Numbered from the stretch's first letter, positions 14,592 to 26,892 are shown. The stretch is DNA of 64,000 bases from Paraspadella gotoi (GCA_051294375.1 CM119265.1:13880124-13944123); one strand, 5' to 3'. Program-made: numbers and translations. Notes: generated by a model not told the origin, from the sequence alone.

Positions 14592-17500
14592 GAAAAGAAA
14601 AATAAGAAAGAAAGTTGTTTCGTATAATGAGGGGGAACAAAGAATAGGACAAGAAGGGAATTTTCCTTTGCTTTGTTTCCTTTTATTCCAGCTGTCATGG
14701 CGACGGATTGTTGCATCTTTTTTTTTGCGCGCGTTACCGGAAACTCGTCCAGCAAAGGGGCGTGGCCGCGCATTTTTAGAATCTTAAACTGAAACCTTGC
14801 TTAAAAAAATTATCATTGCTTAAAATTGTAATCAGCTGCGAATATTCTGTTAAGCACAAACAAATTATAATAAAAAAATTTTAAAAATGATTATTGAAAA
14901 TTATTCAATAGTTATTTTCCAAAATGTGAAGCGAGAAATATATTCTTTCGCCTCCAACAAAAAAATGCCTGCCTTGCAGAAAAAAAAGTGTCCCTTAGTA
15001 TGAGGAAAAAAATCCAAGTACGTTGCGAAAAAAAAATAAAAGAACGAAAAGAAACCAAAAAAATAGAAAAAAAGAAAAAAGTTCCCGAATCCACATGTTT
15101 CTTATCTTTCCTTCTTTCCATCTTTCCTCCGAAAACGTCATTTTTTCCTCTTCACACATGATCGATGTTCTTTTACTTAGTTTAGGGTCAGTTGTGATTT
15201 GCGAGGCTTGATCTCGCCCTCTAGCGAGTCGTCGTGGAAGATCGATCTTTCCTTTTGTTTATTTGCCCATAGGTCAAAATATAGGTGTTTGTAAAAATTA
15301 AAATTCATTTAAAAAAAAGAGAGCTTAAAATATTATTAAAAAACAATTTTGTCTTTTTTTTTCTATTTAGGGTCTGGCCAGTATGGTGATGTCTACGAAG
15401 CGATCTGGAAGCGCTACAACAAGACGGTGGCAGTTAAAACCCTGAAGGAAGACACGATGGCGTTGGCAGAGTTCGTGGAGGAAGCCGCCATCATGAAAGA
15501 CCTCAAACATCCACATTTGGTGCAACTCTTGGGAGTCTGTACCCGCGAACCTCCCTTTTATATCATCACTGGTGAGCGTATTTACATATCTCGATTTCAT
15601 TTTTAACTCGAAAGTTAAAGTTCGACGAAAATGAAATTGCCAAAAAAATATTTATTTGTTTATTCAGAATTTATGCCCCACGGAAACCTCCTTGACTATC
15701 TCCGCAACGCCAACAAGAACGACCTAACGGCGGTGACCCTGTTCTACATGGCGACGCAGATCTGCTCCGCCATGGTCTACTTGGAGTTGAAGAACTTCAT
15801 CCATCGCGACCTCGCCGCCCGCAATTGTCTCGTCGGAGATTCTCACCTTGTCAAGGTTGCCGACTTCGGGTTGGCCCGACTTATGAAGGAGGACACTTAC
15901 ACGGCTCATGCAGGTTAGTAAAGAATGATTACGAAACTTATCGCGAGATTGAAAAGAGTGTTGAGAGTTTTGAGGAACTGACTCAATCAATCAATCGGTT
16001 AATCAATGTCTCGGCCCTTTTTGTTTTTCGAAATGAGGAAAAAAATTATGTTTTTATTGTAAAAATAAAATCATTTTGCCGTTGCCAAAACAATTCAAAA
16101 TTCTCGTTTTTCAACTCTCAAAAGCAACGGAATTGAAAGGATACATTACAACTGAATCGAAATATATAAAAAAAATATGCGTAAAACTACAATTCGATAT
16201 CCATTTTCATCTCGACAGGTGCCAAGTTCCCCATCAAGTGGACGGCGCCTGAAGGTCTAGCGTACAACAAGTTCTCTACCAAGTCGGACGTGTGGGCGTT
16301 CGGAGTGCTGCTGTGGGAGATAGCTACTTACGGGATGGCCCCTTACCCGGGGGTCGACCTCACCGAAGTCTATCATCTTCTTGAAAAGGGGAAGAGGATG
16401 GAGAACCCCGAAGGATGCCCGCCGAAGGTGAGGCTGTATGTAAAATTTTGAATGTTTGTATTTTGTTTTATTTCCTGTTTTTTATCTTTTTTTTTTGTCT
16501 TATACTTTAGAAGTTGGAAATTGAAATTGAAACGATGCTCATTGAGTTACAAAATAATTAGACAAATAACATCCAAATAAGACATATATCAATAATAATA
16601 TTTTATTATTCGCTAAACTTTACAATTAAGCGTACAGACCTGTTTGACAAATGCAATAAATACCGCTTTTCGGCTTTTTCCCCTTTCATTCCCATAAATA
16701 TAGGTGTTTCAACTTATGCTCAAGTGTTGGGCCTGGAAGCCTCTCGATCGACCCACTTTTAAAGAAATTCACGGAGAGTTGGAAAACATGTTTAACGAGA
16801 CTGACATCAACGAGGAAGTGGCGAGAAGTTTGGAGCTGGCCCCCGAAGACGAGGCGCCCGTTTGCATAGGGCGTCCTAGTCCAACCAGCGTCAACGCCGG
16901 AAAGGAATCGCCCTCTCCAGTTCGATCACGTGGCGTCGTTCACGGCGCCGGCGACGCCGACCAGAATTTAGCCCATATTCTGTTGAAAAAGGGCAAAAAA
17001 GGTTCGGCACCAGATCCACCGAAAAGAACGTCGTCCTTCCGGTCGCCGGACGCCGCTGCCGGTTATCCGTGCGCGCCGGGATCGCCAACGATGCCGCCTT
17101 TAGACGAGAACTGCGTGGGTGGTGTTGTAGAACGAAGAGAGAGATCAACGCCTAGTCCAGTGGCGTTCGAAGGAAACAATTCCCCACCTCTCGGAGGAAG
17201 TAGGAGATTTAGCAGGTGAATGTTAAATAAATTATTAAATGTTAAATTGTTCAGATTACTCTTAGATTCTGATAAAAAAAAATATTAACAGGAAGTTTGC
17301 CCTAGTTTTGCGTGCTCTTTGACGTATCATTCTTTTTTTTTTTTTTTTTTTCAAAATAAGCATCACTGGTGACATCAGTGATGGTAGCGATTACTGTTAT
17401 TATTACATAAATGTAGATAACGAGATTAGAGAAGTCAAAGAAAAAATCTGTGATTGGTAATAACAAATAGTTATATTAATTCTAATTATAAAATGACTCA

Positions 17501-20500
17501 CTCAGGGAAAGCCGTGAAAGCGGCAAATGCATCTCCGGATCTCCTTCACCCCGCCATCGCCAGCGACAGGTGCAGCATCAATTAAGCCACGATTCGGCCG
17601 TCGGCGGCGTCGGCGGCGACCTTCCACAACTTATACCCTCCACCTCGTTTGGCGCTGGTCTCTCCGGATCCATGGCTGTCGTAGCTACTGAGCACACCAC
17701 GCCAACTCACTTTGCCCATCACCATCACATCCCGACAAGCCCTTCCAAGGCCCTACTCAAGGTAAGTTTGACTATATTTATATTTTTGTCTACGCTCTAC
17801 TCCACAAGCAGAAAAACTTTATTTTTCTTTTCTTTTCTATTTTAAATTTTTTTATTCTTTTTCCGAATCTACGTAGGAGCACACCAAAGACCGTAGAAAT
17901 CGCTCATCCAAAAAACAACCTGAAGCTCGAAGAGAAAATAAATCGCCAAAGATGAATAGAGAAAATTCTTCCACCGGAATTTTGCTCAACAGCCACAGCC
18001 ATAACAATAGGTTATTGAAATTTGAATCGTTTTATTTTTTATTTATTTTTGTGAGTGTGCGTGTGTGTTTTGTTGACTCATGAAGAGTTTTTTCTCCCCG
18101 CTATTCAGCATTGGAAGTTCCTCGTCGTCCCAACAAAGTTCGCCCCACCACAAAGCCTCTCCTTCTCACGTCAGCCACGCCTCCCCGTCCCATGCCAACA
18201 TCCCTTGCTCCCGATCATGTAAAACCGGCGGCAGTCCCTTGCATCAGCCCTCTTCCACCTTTCAGCAGCAGCTGCAAGCCAGGCTGCAACAGAAGCAGCA
18301 ACAGATACAGGAAGAGTGCCCCCACCCGCCCACGGGGAACCCTCAGGGAATGAGTCGGGTCAAGCAATGGATCCGAGACACGAGCGACGCGGATCCAGCA
18401 CCAATGGCGCAACTTGCGACGCCCTCGACACCGGGGGGACGCGTCTCCCACGCAGTAATCGCCTCTGCCGCCTCTTCCCACCCGATAAGCGCCGCCGCAG
18501 CCGCCGCACACATCAGCCCTCATAGGATCCGATCCTCGGTACACAACAATAATCGCGAGCAAATGGCGGCTTACCCTGTGCAGCAGCAGCAGCAGTCGCA
18601 ACAGCAGACAAGGAAGGAAAATCGTTCCCCCGGAATGATGCATCGCGGATCCGCGCAGCAACAGGAAGATAAACATTACCAACAAGATGTAGACGGATCC
18701 TCTGGCGATAGCCTCGAATTCGGTGGGGCCGGAGAGGCGGGTGTCGACATAGAAGAGATGCGCAAAACTCTCTCGAACTATGGCACTATTCCTAAAGGCG
18801 TTCGCATTGGATCCTATCTAAACAGCTTACAGAACAAGCACCAAAGGCAAGAGCTTGACACACTGTTGGATGCCGCGTCAGCCTTGAAGTCTACTAACGA
18901 ATCTAGTCACTCATATTTGAACCAACAACAACAGCACACCAACAGCACACACAATCAACTCCGCTCACAGCAGCAACAGCAGTCACGCCGCGGTGGTTAT
19001 GCGCGGGGCTTTTCCGCAGACGCCGGTGAGGAATCCACGACAACAGGGGATGAGAGTGCCGACAGCGTCGCCACGGTTCGGGCGCTGCATCCGGCGTTAC
19101 GCCCAACGGTAAATCCAGCACGGCCGGCGCTGCTTGTTCGGCAGCGAAGCGATTTAAGCGACTCTCACCCGCGGAGCGGATCCTCCACCACTTCTTACTC
19201 TCCTTACTCCTCCAACGGAGCCTCCCCACTCTCGCCGTTAGCTCCCACAGCGACCACGCCCTCTAGTGCCCCAGGCCAAGGGCTCGCCCGGCCCAGTAAA
19301 CCGGCGCCACCGCCGCCCCCGCCGGGTTACGCACGTGGCCGAATCTCGGCGGCATCGCCATCATCATCGCCGCTTCACTCGTCACTACGTCTTCAAGTCA
19401 AAGAATCCAACTACAAGTCCAGCACTTTCCCGCCTGCGCTGGCGGGAAAATCCTCCAATGCTGCCGTCGACAACGGCGTTCAAGGTGACGACGACGAAGA
19501 CCAGACCCGCAGTGATCCGACTGGGCTCTCTCTAGGCAGTCCAGGAACCGCCCACCGCCCTATGGGGCCCCCGCCGCCTCCTCCACAAAACTCTCAACGT
19601 GCCGGCGGCTACCAAACCACTGGTTTTGGAGGCGACGGAAGCGCCAGAAACGATGCTCCCTCTTCAATGAGATCCTCGCTCGTCAATACAGCTTCGTTTA
19701 TTAACGAACTCGAGAACAAGCTTCGCGTTGGCGGCGGAGGTCTTGGCGGACATGTTCATCCGAGGTCAAATTCCACCTCGTCTGAGCGCTCAACGACCTC
19801 TGAGCAAAACACCGATGAGGCGCCGCAACTAACTCAACATCCTACGCCAACGCAGTCACCACGACTAACCACACGAATCCGCATGGGCGTTAAAGATGCA
19901 AAAGTCGGGGGTGGTGCGCTCATCAATGCTAACACGAACGGAGCGATGCCAAATTCCCTTTCTGTAGATTCAGGTCTTAAGCAACATAGCCTCACACCTC
20001 ATATACCACAGCCGCAGTTACAGTCTGTTGACGGAACACCAAGCGCCGAGTCTTCGCCATCGAAGCGGCCCATGCCAAAACCCAGACATGCGCAAGGAAG
20101 CAGAGTCATGGCCCTCAAACCAGCTGTGCCGGCCAACAAGCCACCGGCGCCGCAGCCAGCTAATCAACAGAAAGTCAACAATCACCAACATCCCGGCGAC
20201 GTCGAGGGGCCCTCTTCTACTAGTTGCCTCCCCAACGTTTCCTCATCCCCTTCCTCCTCCCCTCAAGCCCATCGACAGGCATCCGACAATCGAGCTTTAA
20301 CCAAGGAGCACCTACTAAAGCAGATCGACGACATTCAGACGAATCTCCGACCCATGCTCGTCGGTACCGGAGCCCCCTATGCCAAATCTCCCAAAGACGG
20401 GGTCGGCAAGCATCCCCAGGGGCACGCACTCGCCCTCCTCCTCGAAAGCATCTCCTTTTTCTCAACCTCGTGCTCTGACTTCGCCGACGAACTCGCTCCG

Positions 20501-20677
20501 CACGGACGATTCCAGTGTAGAGAGAAACTAGATCGGATCGATGGATGCATGAGACAGCTAAGGGGCACACCCGGAGGCGGCGGTTCCAACCCCGCCTCCC
20601 CCACTCACTGGAACAAAAACACTCTCCAAAATTTAATTTCCGTGTTGCAAGATATTTCCAACATTCTCAAACGGTGA
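350..20677 (+). CDS. Abl: Tyrosine-protein kinase Abl (SH2, kinase, long low-complexity region, C-terminal F-actin-binding domain); 5' exons (SH3) lie upstream of the window
   Basis: Frame-consistent GT-AG exons: 350-497 ([42 protein letters not shown], Abl SH2), 2814-3009 ([20 protein letters not shown]...SPEPDEWE...MKHKLG), 15371-15571 (GSGQYGDVY...[11 protein letters not shown]...[11 protein letters not shown]), 15668-15913 ([19 protein letters not shown]), 16219-16427 ([11 protein letters not shown]...SDVWAFG), 16704-17215, 17506-17761, 17877-18010, 18109-20677 (ends in FABD-like [10 protein letters not shown]...[10 protein letters not shown]). Confidence 0.96.
1137..1434. mobile_element. 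Degenerate MITE-like element with imperfect terminal inverted repeats and an internal TTAGGG/TTAGG-like tract
   Basis: Left end atatcggccatcacttccgaaagcgccac resembles the reverse complement of the right end (atattttggcattattttctaacagcgcccc). The interior is rich in ttaggg/ttaagg variants. Confidence 0.5.
2572..2700 (+). mobile_element. Dispersed repeat family A, truncated copy
   Basis: atgtcattatcttgtaagagtgatggaggccttaaacaaccaaagcctgtccaaagtcaggggcaagat... matches the copies at ~23275-23512 (-) and ~58063-58290 (+). Confidence 0.8.
2779..2788. other. Assembly gap (10 N)
   Basis: Run of N. Confidence 1.
4160..4184. other. Assembly gap (25 N)
   Basis: Run of N, followed directly by agagagagat. 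Confidence 1.
4195..7698. repeat. ~1.7-kb inverted duplication (arms 4195-5857 and 5988-7698), probably a long-read adapter artefact
   Basis: Arms are reverse complements differing mainly by small indels. The spacer starts ATCTCTCTC and ends ...ttgttgtgg..tgttgagaga...GAGAGAGAT, like the SMRTbell adapter. Confidence 0.9.
7738..7940 (+). repeat. ~28-31 bp minisatellite (gagagggagatttagaaaaaggaaagag), about 7 copies
   Basis: The core gatttagaaaaa recurs in tandem. Confidence 0.85.
13452..13471. promoter_or_regulatory. E-box plus NRF1/EWG-type palindrome inside the large Abl intron
   Basis: CACGTG (13452-13457) next to GCGCATGCGCA (13461-13471). Confidence 0.4.
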
Positions 20678-21102
20678 TTTTTTTTTTCTTGTTAACCCTC
20701 AGCAGCCTCTTCTCAAATTCCTTTCCCCTTCGCGTCCTCTTCGCTCTCTAATAGTTTATTTTTCCCCTCAGTCTTTATTAATTCTAAATTTTTAAATGTC
20801 TGGTTTTTTTCTCTCTCATTCGTTGTAACGATATTTCTGTTGTTTTACTGATGAGCATAATGTTTATTAATTAATATGATAAAAACATTTGAAACATTGC
20901 CCTTGACTTATCAAGATGATATCTCTGCAATATCTGTTTTTTTTTTACTAGTTCTAATGAGGAAAGTAAGATTTGCTTTTAGCTATAGATCGTATTTAAT
21001 CATCATTATCATTAATAATCATCATCCATATGTTTTTGCAAAGCTGGATTTATTCATCAAATTATCAAAAAAAATCTAAATTTTAATTTTAATTTTAACA
21101 AA

Positions 21103-21172
21103 TTAACCGATCGTTTAAAATTATTTTTAATCGGTGATTAACGGTTAACCGTTAATCGGTTAAAACGCCTAG
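21103..21172. mobile_element. Palindromic DNA-transposon/MITE terminal remnant just past the FAAH2 stop codon
   Basis: Perfect 22-bp palindrome gattaacggttaaccgttaatc (21136-21157) and repeated ttaaccga/ttaatcgg motifs; the terminus reads TAGGCGTTTTAACCGATTAAC on the minus strand. Confidence 0.5.
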
Positions 21173-21173
21173 T

Positions 21174-24100
21174 TTAACCTTTCGGTGGCACCCATCCACC
21201 AAATTTTTTCTCAAGAAGACAAGCCACCGCAAGAGAGAGTCGATCATTGCCGGGTGCGGTGACCACTTGGATTCCGAGTGGAACTCCTTTTGTTCCCAGA
21301 CCAAGCGGGACTTGAGTCACGGGTAACCGAAGAACGTTAAAAAGTGCCGTATATACGGCGTTGTAAGGTTTATAGCATGGCTGGTTGTGAAAGTAAGCAT
21401 AATCGGAGTTTGAAGGATAGAGGAGAATGCCTGTTTTCCCTGAAAAATAATTCAAAAAAGTAAATACTGACGAGAATCCTGGCTCAAATTTCTGCAGAGC
21501 CCAAAATGAGATACGTAAATATTGTAACAATCATTATTTAACATACCTAAAAGTGTGATTATTTTTTTTTCCAAAACTTCAGTTTTGGCTGCGTATTCTC
21601 TTTTCCTCTTTTCCGAAACTAAGCCACCAAGATAATCTGATATTCCCAAAACAATTGCGGGTAAGGTATGATCAGAAAATCCACAAAACCACTTAAACAG
21701 CTCTTTGATGGGATTTTTAGGTTCTGTGGATACAATAAAAATGTATATTAAAAAAGAGATTACTATTAAAAAAATTTATTTATGATACTAGTAATAAGCG
21801 TGTTTACCAGTACTCGTCTATTTACGGAAGGAAAGCGCGAATATTTATCATATGAAAAGATATAGCGGAGGATTAAGGTTGGTTAAATTCAGTCATAACT
21901 CATGACATAAGCATGAGAAATATTTTTAAAAATTCAAAAATATTGTGAGCATTCCAATTACCTCCGGGCAGACCCATGAGTTCATAAAACGACGGCGAAC
22001 CCGTCAGACCGAGACAGCTGTCCCACATGACAAGTGCGTCCTGAAACTCCTCGAACCACCTCACCTCCACAGTAGCGCCGTTAGACTCAAGAAAGGCGGC
22101 CACTCTTTGTTGAACTTGACGCAACTCTGCCGAAACTTCGCTCGTTATCAACGCCCCGCCGTCGTCGGGAATGCTGGGATTTGATTTCATTTACGAATAA
22201 TTTTCATATTCGGTTAAAATAAATAATTAAATTTTTAGATTCGTTATAAGTACAATCATAACCAGTTTCTCACTCATTGTTTCGCCAAATATGATTGTAT
22301 TGTGTCAAGGCTATACAGTAGTTTCTCTTCTTGCAATTATAATCTAAGGATGATTACATTCAAATTTCAATCCAATTTCATCTGAAGACGATAAACGAAG
22401 AGTGACCTGAAAACCCTCAGCTGACCCAAGTCGACGGGTATATCCAGCATTAATTCGTCGGCCTTTTCTCTTCCGGCCATGACCTTCAGCATGGGTATCA
22501 AATCGGTGGCGTATCTGCAAATGGGTCCAGTGCTGAGGAACGCGTTGTCTCTGGCATCGCCCGGGACTTGGCCCTCGTTGGGCACCACGTTTCGAGTTGT
22601 CTTGTGGCCGAAAACTCCATTGAAGAAACAGGGAATGCGAATGCTGCCTCCGATGTCCGACCCCACTCCCCAGACAGAGCCGGCCGCCGAAATAAGACAA
22701 GCCTCGCCCCCTTTAGGTTAAAAAAAAAATCTTAAAAGCATAAGGATCGTCGCAATCGCATAAGAAAAATCTTGATTGACGACAAATTTTGATACTAAAA
22801 AATCGTCGCAAACGCAAAGCGATTGCGACGATAAAAAGGGCTACCAATTCTTCCATTTAATTCAATCTCCTTAAGTCGGACAATGATGATAGAATTTATC
22901 GATAGATTACTAATATTTTTACATGTGAACACTTGAGTACGATCTAAAAAAATTAAAAATCTAAAACTTGAACCGGAACTGCCGCCGACAATTCTTCGGG
23001 TGTCGTAAACGTTGTTAGTCCTCCCGTAAAGTTTGCTGTTCGTTTCCCACCACATGCAGAGCTCGGGAACGTTAGTGACGGCCAAGGCAATCCCACCGGC
23101 GGATCGGAGACGGGCTACCACCGGAGCGTCAAACGTTGCTCGCTTACCCTTCAAACCTACTAAGCCAGAGGTGTTCAATAGGCCTGAAGTGAAAGGAAAA
23201 AAAACTGTCGAAAATATAATTCTTATCAAAACAAACAAAAAGTACATATAAAAAAAAATAATTTATTTTCATATTGTATGAAATTGGTAAAACTAATATA
23301 AAAATTATCCATTCATTTAATAAATGAGCTTTCTTGCCCTGACTTTGGACAGGCTTTGGTGGTTTAAGGCCTCCATTACTCTTACAAGATAAAGATATAG
23401 CAGCAGGTCCCTGCAAGCTTTCAATGAAGACTCTCTCACAGTCTCGTTTATTCACTCCCAGAGTTCCTGGCTTCAGTATCAATGAAATAGTATAATGTTT
23501 CAAAGAATATTATATTTTTTTGAAATTTACCAAATGTATATTAATTAAATATTTAATTGATTTTATAATTGAAAATCTTGCACACCTTTAATGGCGAAAG
23601 CTTCTTTAGAAGTGAAGGGCAATCCTAAAATGGGTTTTTTTTCTGGTGATATTTCCGGCGAATGAGGATCATTGTCGAGCAGAAAATCTACAACTTCGGC
23701 CTCCTTCAGAGCTTCGTTGAATCTGCTGGTTTAAAATGGAATGGAAAGTTTTAGATCCGGTTTTTTTTGTTTTTTTTTTTTTTTGTTTCTAGTTTTTAAT
23801 TTTGTTTTGATTTTACTTTATTTTTATTTTCCAGAAATTTTTTTGTGGATACTGATTCTAAAATGCCTGTGGTCAATGACGCAGTTGAGAACGTGGTTAA
23901 TGTCTTTAATCCTTAGTATAAACGCTTCCACAACATTAACAGCTTTCAGCTCTCTTCTCCTTATTTTCGCTGCAATGTCCGTTGCCGATATAAGAAGAAC
24001 ATCATCCTTTATTTTTGGAACTGGTTGATGCCGCTGAATACAGAGAATTATAACGGAAAACAAAATAGAAAATTATAAAGACGCTGTTAGCCTGTTACTA

Positions 24101-24501
24101 ATGATCAAGATGAAATTATATGTAAACCTTTGAAAAGTTAACGGACTTGAGAAAAGGTAATATCTGAAGAGACAGAAATTATTGTTATATATTAGTGACA
24201 GAACCGTTCTATATAAGCAGTCCCTGAGCTTCGGATCAGGCTGTAACACAGTATTACAGGCGGGTTAAGCGCTCCGTCCCTCTTATCTGCTAGGCGACCA
24301 CCGGGATAGAACACCAGACCTTTGGGTTGGGAGGCGAATGACTTGCCTCCGGCAGCAATGGCCGCTGATGGTGGATTAGTGGATTTTAGTCCACCATAGA
24401 TCTCAACTTACCTTGAAAAGGCTGACATAAATCCAAAGGTAGAAGTCAAAAAGGCGCTGAATAGAGTTGATAATAGCCTTCACAATAGTTTTGAAGAACA
24501 T
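21174..24501 (-). CDS. FAAH2: Fatty-acid amide hydrolase 2-like amidase (532 aa)
   Basis: Exons 24501-24412, 24163-24128, 24033-23867, 23722-23586, 23183-22974, 22710-22407, 22173-21962, 21723-21547, 21439-21174 total 1599 nt in frame. Motifs: LGLPFTSKE (catalytic K), TNVPELCMWWET, GGSSGGE...GSDIGGSIRIPCFFNGVFGHK (amidase signature), and C-terminal LEKKFGGWVPP. Confidence 0.94.
22746..22843. mobile_element. Short inverted-repeat (MITE-like) remnant in a FAAH2 intron
   Basis: 14-bp perfect inverted repeat atcgtcgcaatcgc (22746-22759) / gcgattgcgacgat (22819-22832), plus an internal partial copy atcgtcgcaa. Confidence 0.5.
23275..23512 (-). mobile_element. Dispersed repeat family A, longer copy in a FAAH2 intron
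   Basis: The reverse complement aligns over ~230 bp with 58063-58290 (ctctgggagtgaataaacgag...gaaagcttgc...ggaggc...gcctgtccaaagtcaggg). Confidence 0.85.
24205..24365 (-). mobile_element. tRNA-derived SINE-like element in FAAH2 intron 1
   Basis: Minus-strand 72-nt head (24365-24294) with acceptor stem GCGGCCA/TGGTCGC, tRNA-Gly-like TCGCCTCCCA and B-box-like GTTCTATCCCGG, followed by a hairpin-rich body. D and anticodon stems do not pair, so it is not a functional tRNA. Confidence 0.6.
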
Positions 24502-24929
24502 TTTTCTGTTCAATGATGAATGCAATACCAATACCCATACCAACCAATGCAATATATCCTTCACTCGAACGATTAGTCATTTCCGTTTGAAAGACCTTTG
24601 TTCGCATCTTGAACTAATTCAAAAGATAATACAACTGAGCTATTGCCGTTGCGCTATCTGAGAATAAAGTTGGAGTCCAACGAAAACAAAAGGCACAAGT
24701 ATCTCGAAGCTCAACACAATGGAAATAAAATCATAGATAGTATACGGTACCACTGATAAGCAATAGTACAATAAACAATAAACAATAAAAAATATATAAA
24801 CATTCCTGGAGATCAATACGCTCTGAAGCAGTGAAGGTCTATGGGAAAATGAAGAGCAAGGTTTTTCTTATTAAATAAAGGTATTTTTATAATAATTATA
24901 TTAAATGTAAATACAAGATGTATTAAGTA

Positions 24930-25112
24930 ATCAAATAATTAATCAGTTAATTAATCAATTAATTAATCAATAATTAATTAATCAGTCAATTAATCAAACA
25001 ATTAATTATTCAATCAATCAATTTATTTATTAATTAATGATTCAATCAATCAATTTATTTATCAATTAATTAATTATTTAATCAATCAATCAATAACTCA
25101 ATCAATCAAGTC
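24930..25112. repeat. (AATT/AATC)n low-complexity tract
   Basis: Iterated aattaatcaatc units. Confidence 0.8.
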
Positions 25113-25867
25113 AATCGTTATCGGCATTATTGTTGTCGTCGCCATCATCGTCGTCGTTGCTTAAAAAAACATTTTGGAACAAATTAATTAATGTATTAAT
25201 TAATTACCGCTAATGATCGTGGGCAGATCCGACATTGTTTCTTCAAACATGTTTTCAGTTGTTGTTATCCATATATCTGTTATTTTTTCGTACTCGTTTT
25301 CTTACCCTGAATTAAGGGTAGTTTAGGGTTAGCGATGAGTTTAGGTTAGTGTTTAGAAACGGGAAGTTTAAATTAGGGTTAAGTTTTGGATAAGTTAGGG
25401 TTGATGATTAGAGTATAAATTAGGGTTAGGGTAGGATATATTACAGAATTTAAGTTTATATCAGTGATATTTTTTTTAAAAGTTTTTATTTTGATATTGG
25501 AAATGCCTTATACGGTTCATCCTATAAACGAGTTGCCTTTAAGCAGAGAGGATTTCAAAAATCAGAAGATTGATTTTTAGTAAAATTAAATGAGAAATCT
25601 TTTCCGTGTGGCTTCAGCGTCTTCAAGATCGCCGTTACAATATTCTTTTTTCGTTCTTTCTTCTTTCTTTCTCTTCATTTTCCCATGAGCCTCCAGAGCG
25701 TATTCAACTCCGGGATCGCCCAAAATATATCTGTAATAATAAATTCCCTCCTCACAGAAGTTAGCAAGAATTTTGGTTAAGATTTACTCCTTAAGGAATT
25801 CTCATTTTTTTCATTTTTTTCCCTTTTTTTTAATATTATTACAAAAGGGCACCACCCCGCCCTAATC

Positions 25868-26892
25868 ATGAGTCTATTACAGAGCGTGCAGCAAATCCCT
25901 CGGGACGAAGACCGTGTCGCCGTCATCCGCTCGACGACGATAGTTAACGGCTCCGAATGTCCGCACATCCTGCGCCTTTTTCCCAATCCGACGCCTGCTA
26001 AACTGGAGGCTGCCATGACCATGGCACAAAAGTGCAACGGAATTACTTCCGCGGACCTTTGTGAGCGGGAAGGGATGGGAAGCGGGAAGGGAGAAAAAAA
26101 GTAGCTAGTATTATAAATAGTATTATAAATATCATAGACGGCGTAAAAAATCTTTAATGAAGGCGCGGTGTGTCGGGAGTTCGATATGTCCCAACCACAA
26201 GAGAAGTTCGCCGTGCTCGAAGCCTTCGCCCCTCGTCTTCAAGATCCTCAAAATAAAGCCTACGTCGTCGGAGCGTTTTTCTCTCAACAAGGTTGCATGG
26301 AAAGGCCGTTTTGCGCTCTGTCAGTATCAACCTTTAAAACTCCCTTATTTCTTCAGATCAGCAACGCGCCGATCAAATACTGACACCTGGTGGTGGGGTT
26401 CCCGGCCCTCCGGGTCCCCCTGCCTATCCACAACAAGGAGCCGTTCCCAAAAACATGGGTCCTCCTCCTCCTCCTCCTCCTGGGTACGCTCCCCCACCTG
26501 GAGCTCCTCAGCCTGGATATCCGCCTCAGAGTGGCGGGCCAGCGCCGCCAGGTTATCCGCCTCCAGCGGGTGGCTACCCACCCCCTCAGCCCGGATACGG
26601 ACCACCTCCAGGTTATGGACCAGCGCCTGGTTACGGGCCACCTCCTGCTTACGGGCCACCGCCTGCTTACGGGCCACCGCCTGCTTACGCGCCGGGAGGA
26701 ATGGGTCATGGAATGGGTCATGGAATTGGTCACGGAATTGAACATGCATTTGGCGGCCATGGAGGTGGACATGGAGGTGGACATGGAGGTGGACATGGCT
26801 TCGCACATGGAGGTTTTGGAGGACATGGAGGTGGTCATGGCGGAGGACATCAGAAGAAAGGGCACCACGGAAGTTTCACAATTTCTCACTAA
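25868..26892 (+). CDS. DUF4476-like (PROSER1 N-terminal type) domain protein with Pro/Gly/Tyr and Gly-His repeat tail, 285 aa
   Basis: Exons 25868-26060, 26163-26291, 26357-26892 with two phase-1 introns join in frame. The N-terminus ...HILRLFPNPTPAKLEAA...EKFAVLEAFAPRLQDPQNKAYVVGAFFSQQDQQRADQIL fits the recalled DUF4476 pattern; the tail is (GYGPPP)n and (GGHG)n. Confidence 0.8.

Noticed and set aside
2930-15400. Abl linker Tyr replaced by Phe ([14 protein letters not shown]) and P-loop GSGQYGDV
   Set aside because: The Phe and Asp substitutions are, as I recall, also in Drosophila Abl; the gatekeeper Thr and catalytic motifs are intact, so nothing clearly novel.
24294-24365. Functional tRNA, or hammerhead/HDV ribozyme (ctgatgg + hairpin on the plus strand)
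   Set aside because: D and anticodon stems do not pair; the hammerhead core would need CUGAUGA...GAAA, but the sequence reads CTGATGG...CCATA.
25310-25435. Interstitial telomere (TTAGGG-like), also at 1190-1400
   Set aside because: Highly degenerate and short; better explained as internal repeats of non-autonomous elements.
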